Positions 58,501 to 64,000 of a DNA stretch of 64,000 bases are shown piece after piece. Position 1 is the first letter of the stretch; every line of letters begins with the position of its first letter. The notes under the pieces are model-generated. The model was not told where the DNA came from, did not search any database, and worked only from the letters and a program-made list of their open reading frames with translations. The position numbers were made by a program, and so were the translations under genes. The stretch is from NCBI GenBank assembly GCA_963748815.1, contig CAVVKJ010000009.1, positions 100,004 to 164,003 on the forward strand. The letters are read 5' to 3'. The stretch comes from an uncultured Gemmatimonadales bacterium. GTDB lineage: Bacteria > Gemmatimonadota > Gemmatimonadetes > Gemmatimonadales > GWC2-71-9.

Positions 58501-61500
58501 CAGTGTCTTTGATCCGATGGTCGTCGGGGTCAGGAGGCAGCTTCCCGCCGCGACCGGCGCAGCGCAGTTCGCGGCTCCATCCGAGATCGTCACGTTACCC
58601 GTGGGCGTGCCCACTCCCGGGGATGTGACGAAGCTGCTCCAAGCCACCGTGAATCCCTGGCCCGTCACCGAGGGATCGGGGTTATCCGCGGCGATCTGGA
58701 TCAGCGTGTTGGCCTTGTTCACCGTGTGTGGCGTACCGGTGGAGGCACTCCCGGAGAAGCTGCTCGTAGCGGTATAGGTGGCGACGAGAGTCTTGCTGCC
58801 AGCCGTCGTGGAGGTAAGCGAACACGACCCCGTCCCACTGGCGAACACCGAGCAGCTGTCGGTGCCGTCGCTCACCGTAACGTTTCCGGTCGGTGTTCCG
58901 CCTGGAGACGTGACGCTGAAGAAGACGTTGTACGCCTGGCCTGTCACGGTCGCGGCGGGGTTATTCGTGATCGTCGTCGTGGTCGCGGCCGCCGTCACGT
59001 TGAAGGTTATGCTGTTCGCCGCCGAGAGTGCCGGCACCGCCACGGGCGCGAACGCTGCCAGCGAATACCCCGTCCCCGCGTTCGGTACCGAGACCGTGCT
59101 GAAGGTCGCGATGCCGGCAACTGCCCGGGCTCCTACCGTCCCGCCGAGCGCGCCCGACGGGAACAGCGAAAGCTGGATCGAGTCGGTCGCCGTCGTGATG
59201 GTATTGCCGAGCGCGTCCTGGATCGCCACTTGGATCGCCGGGGCAATGGCGGCACCCACGGCCGCGTTCGACGGCTGCGTGATGAATACCAGCTTGTTAC
59301 CGCTTCCAACTTGAATATTGAAGCCGGTGCTGGTGGCTGGTGGCAGGCTTCCGCCGTTCGCCGTCAGTGTATACGCCGTTCCGGCTTTATCGATGGCGAG
59401 CGTCGAGAAGGTCGCCACGCCGGAGACGGCGTTGACCACCTTGGTGCCGGAGAGGACGCCGCTGGCGGGATTGGCACCGATGGCCACCGTAATCGAGGTG
59501 GCGGCCGAGGTGACCCGGTTACCCTGAGCGTCCTGGACCATAACCTGTACCGGCGGGGCAATCGCGCTGCCGGCCACCGTGTTGCTTGGCTGTCCGCTAA
59601 ACACCAGTTGGCTCGCTGCACCCGGGGTGATCGTGAAGCTGGAGCTGACCGCCGACGTCAAGCTCCCCGAGGTCGCGGTCAGCGTGTAGCTCCCCGTCAG
59701 ATTGACACTCAGCGTCCCGAAACTCGCCACACCGCTCGCGGCATTCGCCAGCGTGGTGCCGGAGAGCGTCGCGCCCGCTGGGGTGGTCAACGCGACACTC
59801 ACCGGCGCCGCGGAGGTGGTCACGGTGTTCCCCTGGGCATCCTGAACCAGGACGGTCACCGCCGGGGTCAATGCGGCTCCGGCCGTGGTCCCGGTTGGCT
59901 GTACCTGGAAGGCAAGTTTCGCCGGAGTTCCGGCCGTCACATTGAATGTGGTGCTCGTCGCGGCCGAGAGCCCCCCGCCGGTCGCCTGCAGGGCGTAGCC
60001 GGTGCCGGCCAGGTTGACGCTGAGGCCGCTGAAGGTCGCGACACCGGCGACCGCGGCGATCGGTCCGCGCGCGGTGAGCACCGCCCCACCGGTGCCGCCA
60101 GTGAGCGCGAGGGTGAGGGCAGTGGTCGCAGAAGTGACGGTGTTGCCGTAGGCATCACGGATCAGCACGGTGACCGCTGGGCTCATCGTCGCTCCGGCGA
60201 CGACGGCCGTGGGAGCCTGTCCAAAGGCAAGCGCCGCCGCCGCAGCCGGCGCCACCGTGAACTGGATCGTGGTGTCAGCGGTCAACGCGCCAGAGGTGAA
60301 CCGCACGGTGTATCCGGCGGCCGCCTTCGTCAGTTGCAGATTGGCAAAGGTCGCAACGCCAGCGACCGCATTCTGCGAGAGCGTGCCACCGAGGACATCG
60401 CTGCCCGGGTTCGCAGCCAGCGCCGCCGCAATAGATGCAGTTGACGAGGTGACGACGTTCCCGTTCGCGTCCTCCACTTGGACGACGGGACTCGGTGCGA
60501 TGGCCTGGCCTGCCGTGGAGGCACCCGGTTCCTGGACGATCCGCAGTCGCGCGGCCGTCCCAGGCGTGACGTTGAAGCCGGCGCTCGTGCCCGCCGAGGC
60601 CCCGGTCGCCGACGCCGCGAGGGTGTAGCCCGCGCCCGTGCGGTCGACCGACAGATTGCTGAAGGTGGCCAAGCCTGCCGTCACCGGCTGACTCAAGGTG
60701 CCTACCAGGGTGCCGCTCGCCGGGTTGGTCCCCAGCGCCATCGTCACGCTGCCGCTGAACGTGGTGGCGAGGTTGCCGCTCCCGTCCTCGACCCGTACCA
60801 CGACTGCTGGAGCGATGGAGGCCCCGGCCACGACGGTAGACGGCTGTACCCCGAACACCAGGCGGAGCCCGGTACCTACCGTGATGTTGAAGCCGGTACT
60901 GGTCGCCGGGGTGAGGCCTCCGGACGTCGCCGTCAACGTGTAACCCGTGCCCACCTTGTCGAGGGTCACCCCGGCAAAGGTGGCCACGCCATTGACCGCC
61001 GCCACCTGCGTCGTGCCGCCGAGCGTGGCGGTGCCCGGGTTGTTGCCGATCGCCAGGAGCACATTGTCGGTCGCGGTCGTGACCGTGTTGCCGTTGGCGT
61101 CCTGGATGGTGACCTGGATCGCGGGCGCGATGGCCGCGCCGGCCGGCGTGTTGGTCGGCTGGACGGTGAAGGCGAGCTTTGTGGCGCCTCCCGCCCCGAT
61201 GGCGAAGGCGTTGCTCGTGGCCCCGGCCAAGGAAGCGGAGGCCGCGGTCAGCGTGTAGCCGACACCGGTCTTGTTCACCGTGAGATTCGCGAAGGTGGCA
61301 ATCCCGGAGACGGCTGCCTGCGTGAGCGTCCCACCCAGCACCGCACTAGACGGATTGACCCCGAAGGCCACCGTAACCGACCCGGCGGAACCTGTCACGG
61401 TGTTGCCAAACGCGTCCTGCACGGCCACCGTGACCGCAGGAGTCAGCGCCGCACCGGCAGCCGCCCCAGTCGGCTGCTGGACGAATGCCAGAGCGCTCGC

Positions 61501-64000
61501 CGCGGCGGGCGAAACGGTGAAGGTCCCGCTGGTGGCCCCCGACAGGCCGGTCGCGGTGGCCGCGAGTGTGTAGCCGGCGGCGGCCTTGTTCAGCGTCAGC
61601 GTGCTGAAGGTGGCAATGCCACCCGAGGCCGCGACCGTCTTGGTCCCGCCGAGGGTGCTCCCGCCCGGATTGGCTCCAAGTGCCACGGTGACAGTGGTGT
61701 TGGCGGTGGTCACCAGGTTTCCGAGCCCGTCCCGAATCGCGACGGTGACGGCGGGGGTGATCGTGGCCCCGGCGGCCACATTGCTCGGTCCCTGCGTAAA
61801 CACCAGTTGGGTCGGAGCCCCCGCCACGCCGGTGGCGTTGAAGGTCACCAGCGCGGGCGAGAGCCCCGCGCCGGAGGCCGTCACGGTGTTCGCACCAGCC
61901 AGCGATCCGAGCGTCCACGAGTTGAGGCTCGCGATACCAGACGCGTTGGTCGCGACTGCGGTGATCGGGAGGATGCTCCCGCCTCCAGCCGTGAGCGTGA
62001 AGGTGATTGGCACATTGGCGACCGGATTGCCGTTCGCATCGGTCACCAGCACCGAGGGCGGTGCAGCAACGGGTCGGCCCGCGGTGTCGGTCTGCGCAGT
62101 GAGCGAGTTGGCCGCGATGGTGGTGGCACCCGCCGAGTTCACGGTGAATCCTGAACTGGTGGCGCTGGCCAGACCGGTCGCCGATGCCACCAAGCTGTAC
62201 CCGGTGCCTGCCTTGTCGAGACTGAGAGCGCTGAACGTCGCCACGCCCGCGACCGCACTGGCGGTCAACGGGCCGCCCAGCGTACTCGACCCGGGATTGG
62301 CCCCGATCGACATTGTCACCAGGTTTGTGGCCGTGGTGACGGTGTTCCCTGCCCCGTCCCGCACCCGGACTGTCACGGCGGGGGCGATGGCTTGTCCGGC
62401 GGTAACGGTGGACGGCTGCACCACGTACTCCAGTGCGGTCGCCGTGCCGGCGGTCAGGTTGATCACCGTCGACGTATCGGGCGTCAGTCCGCTCCGCGTG
62501 AAGCGTACGATCCTGGGCCCGAGCGTCCCCGTCAGGATGAGGTTGCTGAAGGTAGCGCTGCCATTGGCCGCCGTCGGGACGCTGAGCGTGCCCGTGAGCG
62601 TCCCACCCCCGGAAACCAACGATGCGGCGATGCTCAGGCCGGCGGTGCTGACGGGATTGCCGGACAGATCCTGCAGTTGCACGACGGTCGGCGGCGTCAT
62701 GGCAATGCCGCTTTGCGCCCCGGCTGGCGGCTCGGTCATGATGGCCAGCTTGGTGGCCGCGCCTGCGGACAGGTTGACCGGGTCGGATGTGACTCCCGTG
62801 AGGCTGGTGCCGGTGAACTGCAACGTATAGGGCCCCGCGAGCCCGGTGATGCTAAGCCCCGTGAACGTCGCGCGGCCGTTCGCATCAGTGGCCTGCGTCG
62901 GCGAACCGCTCAGCGTTCCGTTGCCCGACACGATCGCCACCGTGATGGCGATCCCCGCGGTTGATACGGGATTTCCGTTGACATCCTGGAGCTGGACCAC
63001 TGGCGACTGCGAAAAGCCGAGCGCGTTCGTGGCCGAGGACGGCGGCTGCGTCACCATGCCCAACCGACCGGCGCTCCCGGCGATGGCGGTAGCCGTGAAC
63101 GTGACAGGATTCGGGACAATGCCGCCGGGAGCCGCCGTCGCCGTGAGTGAGTTCGCCCCGGCCGCCGGTCCAAGTGTCCACGAGGTGGGAGAAGCGAAGC
63201 CACTCGCATCAGTGTTGACCGCGGTGGTTGGCGCCACACTCCCGCCGCCGCTGGCCACGGTAAACGTCACCGCCACGTCCGGAACCGGATTGTCGCTTGC
63301 GTCGAGCACCAGCACCCGAGGCGCGATCGGTACTGCACTACCGGACGTGGCCGTTTGCGCATTCCCCTGATTGATCGCCATCTGCGTTGGCGTACCGGGG
63401 GTGATCGATATCGTTGACGAGACTATCAGGTTCAGGCCCGGACTGGTGAACAGCAGCGTCCGGTTGCCGACGGTTCCGGTCACCGACAGTCCGGCAAAAG
63501 TCGCCAGACCGCTGGCATTGCTGTTGACGGTAGCGGTGCCGCCGAGGGTGCCGCCCCCGCTGTTGATGGCAACCGTCACCGCCCGCACCCCGGAAACGGA
63601 ATTGCCTGCCGCATCCTGGATCTGGACCTGTGGCTGCACGGCAAACGCAACACCGTTCGGCGCACTGCTCGACGGTTGCCTCGCGATCGCGAGTTTCGTC
63701 GCGAAGCCCGCGCCAAGGGCAACAACTGCGCTCGTATCGGGCGCGAGGCTCCCCGAAGTGAAGCGGATCGTATATGCGCCGGTCGGACCGGCTATCGCCA
63801 GGTTTGCAAATGTGGCCACGCCGCTGACCGTGGAAGCAGTCAACGTCCCAGCGAGCGTGCCACTGCCCGAGGCAAGCGAGGCAGTGACCACAGTGCCGCT
63901 GGTGCTGACGGCGTTGCCGAACACGTCGGCGAGCCGGACGGCGGGCTGGGCCGCGAGAGGCACCCCGCTCTGGGCCGTCGGAGAAGGCTCCGTTTGTACC
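55552..64000 (-). CDS. Giant Ig-like repeat surface protein / putative adhesin (5' partial, more than 2800 aa)
   Basis: Frame is open to the window edge. Roughly 100-aa modules of two kinds: 'LxFxxQP..AG..I.PAV.V.VQDA.GN...GVATF..L...GYTL' (invasin/Big_1-like) and 'ATTTTI..TPTG.VTVSDG..C..C..TATY.GD.NF' (Big_3-like). Confidence 0.9.
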   Translation of the reverse strand, partial: VQTEPSPTAQSGVPLAAQPAVRLADVFGNAVSTSGTVVTASLASGSGTLAGTLTASTVSGVATFANLAIAGPTGAYTIRFTSGSLAPDTSAVVALGAGFATKLAIARQPSSSAPNGVAFAVQPQVQIQDAAGNSVSGVRAVTVAINSGGGTLGGTATVNSNASGLATFAGLSVTGTVGNRTLLFTSPGLNLIVSSTISITPGTPTQMAINQGNAQTATSGSAVPIAPRVLVLDASDNPVPDVAVTFTVASGGGSVAPTTAVNTDASGFASPTSWTLGPAAGANSLTATAAPGGIVPNPVTFTATAIAGSAGRLGMVTQPPSSATNALGFSQSPVVQLQDVNGNPVSTAGIAITVAIVSGNGTLSGSPTQATDANGRATFTGLSITGLAGPYTLQFTGTSLTGVTSDPVNLSAGAATKLAIMTEPPAGAQSGIAMTPPTVVQLQDLSGNPVSTAGLSIAASLVSGGGTLTGTLSVPTAANGSATFSNLILTGTLGPRIVRFTRSGLTPDTSTVINLTAGTATALEYVVQPSTVTAGQAIAPAVTVRVRDGAGNTVTTATNLVTMSIGANPGSSTLGGPLTASAVAGVATFSALSLDKAGTGYSLVASATGLASATSSGFTVNSAGATTIAANSLTAQTDTAGRPVAAPPSVLVTDANGNPVANVPITFTLTAGGGSILPITAVATNASGIASLNSWTLGSLAGANTVTASGAGLSPALVTFNATGVAGAPTQLVFTQGPSNVAAGATITPAVTVAIRDGLGNLVTTANTTVTVALGANPGGSTLGGTKTVAASGGIATFSTLTLNKAAAGYTLAATATGLSGATSGTFTVSPAAASALAFVQQPTGAAAGAALTPAVTVAVQDAFGNTVTGSAGSVTVAFGVNPSSAVLGGTLTQAAVSGIATFANLTVNKTGVGYTLTAASASLAGATSNAFAIGAGGATKLAFTVQPTNTPAGAAIAPAIQVTIQDANGNTVTTATDNVLLAIGNNPGTATLGGTTQVAAVNGVATFAGVTLDKVGTGYTLTATSGGLTPATSTGFNITVGTGLRLVFGVQPSTVVAGASIAPAVVVRVEDGSGNLATTFSGSVTMALGTNPASGTLVGTLSQPVTAGLATFSNLSVDRTGAGYTLAASATGASAGTSAGFNVTPGTAARLRIVQEPGASTAGQAIAPSPVVQVEDANGNVVTSSTASIAAALAANPGSDVLGGTLSQNAVAGVATFANLQLTKAAAGYTVRFTSGALTADTTIQFTVAPAAAAALAFGQAPTAVVAGATMSPAVTVLIRDAYGNTVTSATTALTLALTGGTGGAVLTARGPIAAVAGVATFSGLSVNLAGTGYALQATGGGLSAATSTTFNVTAGTPAKLAFQVQPTGTTAGAALTPAVTVLVQDAQGNTVTTSAAPVSVALTTPAGATLSGTTLANAASGVASFGTLSVNLTGSYTLTATSGSLTSAVSSSFTITPGAASQLVFSGQPSNTVAGSAIAPPVQVMVQDAQGNRVTSAATSITVAIGANPASGVLSGTKVVNAVSGVATFSTLAIDKAGTAYTLTANGGSLPPATSTGFNIQVGSGNKLVFITQPSNAAVGAAIAPAIQVAIQDALGNTITTATDSIQLSLFPSGALGGTVGARAVAGIATFSTVSVPNAGTGYSLAAFAPVAVPALSAANSITFNVTAAATTTTITNNPAATVTGQAYNVFFSVTSPGGTPTGNVTVSDGTDSCSVFASGTGSCSLTSTTAGSKTLVATYTATSSFSGSASTGTPHTVNKANTLIQIAADNPDPSVTGQGFTVAWSSFVTSPGVGTPTGNVTISDGAANCAAPVAAGSCLLTPTTIGSKTLTATYAGDANFNGASDTEPHNVTRAATTTTIGVVTPNPASFGQLVTVNFGVAAAAPGTGTPTGSVSVSDGATGCSATVAAGSCSYTPASQGSKTLTATYAGDANYLTSASSGVGLTVNGAATTTAINAHTPNPVTLGGAIAVTVSVTSATGAFPTGSVLVSDDLGASCTISALASGAGSCNLTPTGAGARTLTAAYTPLNFNFTTSTSLGVSHTVSKGASTTTITADAPDPSVVGEVVSVGVSVLGVGGTPTGTVTVSDGTLSCIATLVGGVGACSLTFPTAVGRSLTATYAGDVNFGGSVSTSAAHTVTPAATTTTITSDLSAATAVGVGYTVSFTVAAAAPGGGTPAGTVTVSDGAASCGPVALTGGTGSCSLTSTTAGAKTVIATYGATTNFAGSASAGTAHTVTPAATTTAITTNLSTPTVVGQGYAVAFTVTGSGTPTGLVTVSDGAATCQATVAVGTCTLTSTTVGAKTVTASYPGDANFAASLSTGSSHQVNAAATTTTITSDLSAATAVGVGYTVSFTVAAAAPGGGTPAGTVTVSDGAASCGPVALTGGTGSCSLTSTTAGAKTVIATYGATTNFAGSASAGTAHTVTPAATTTAITTNLSTPTVVGQGYAVAFTVTGSGTPTGLVTVSDGAATCQATVAVGTCTLTSTTVGAKTVTASYPGDANFAASLSTGSSHQVNAAATTTTITSDLSAATAVGVGYTVSFTVAAAAPGGGTPAGTVTVSDGAASCGPVALTGGTGSCSLTSTTAGAKTVIATYGATTNFAGSASAGTAHTVTPAATTTAITTNLSTPTVVGQGYAVAFTVTGSGTPTGLVTVSDGAATCQATVVVGTCTLTSTTAGAKSVTASYPGDANFATSTSTGTAHTVNPFGAATTLQFQVQPTTTLAGATVTPAVEVRVVDAFGNVVTSAATPIGLGIGTNPGPGVLTGGGAVAPVSGVATFGGLSIDIAGAGYTLTANDGVLPQALSTAFAIN
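55910..57572. repeat. Intragenic tandem repeat, 567-bp unit, about 2.9 copies
   Basis: Near-identical sequence at a 567-bp period (for example 56407/56974/57541); each unit encodes 189 aa, i.e. two Ig-like domains. Confidence 0.95.

Overview
High-GC (roughly 70% by eye) bacterial chromosomal window with no phage, transposase, integrase or CRISPR array detected. The gene mix (many Ser/Thr kinases, a SARP/BTAD-TPR regulator, DUF885, DUF5916, DUF4097 and Ig-repeat proteins) suggests a Gemmatimonadota-like genome, which is an inference. Contents in order: queC-queE; a signalling cluster (degenerate HD protein, GGDEF, ABATE/CGNR, pseudokinase-kinase); cspA and infA; a coupled operon of PIG-L, ABC importer, MFS and M3 peptidase; acnA; a group-2-like sigma70 gene; three-subunit pnt transhydrogenase; a peroxiredoxin-like gene; a histone-H1-like SWIB protein; ettA; a SARP regulator between two paralogous lipoproteins; aguB-aguA; hutUIG; an ECF/anti-sigma/DUF4097 module; three tRNAs; and the 3' 8.4 kb of a giant Ig-repeat surface protein with a 567-bp tandem triplication. 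The strongest hidden signal is the peroxiredoxin-like lipoprotein at 25964-26518. The ORF track splits it in two, but its in-frame UGA sits exactly at the peroxidatic-Cys position and is followed by a SECIS-like hairpin, so it is probably a selenoprotein. Also notable are a perfect 27-bp CTAG-ended inverted repeat bracketing the sigma factor gene, a JAK-like pseudokinase-kinase tandem, and repeated leaderless promoter architecture. Several genes carry single-base insertions (queC, SWIB, a membrane protein, aguA twice, many in 29.5-30.3 kb), which most likely reflect long-read consensus errors. All family calls come from motif recognition by eye; no searches were run.
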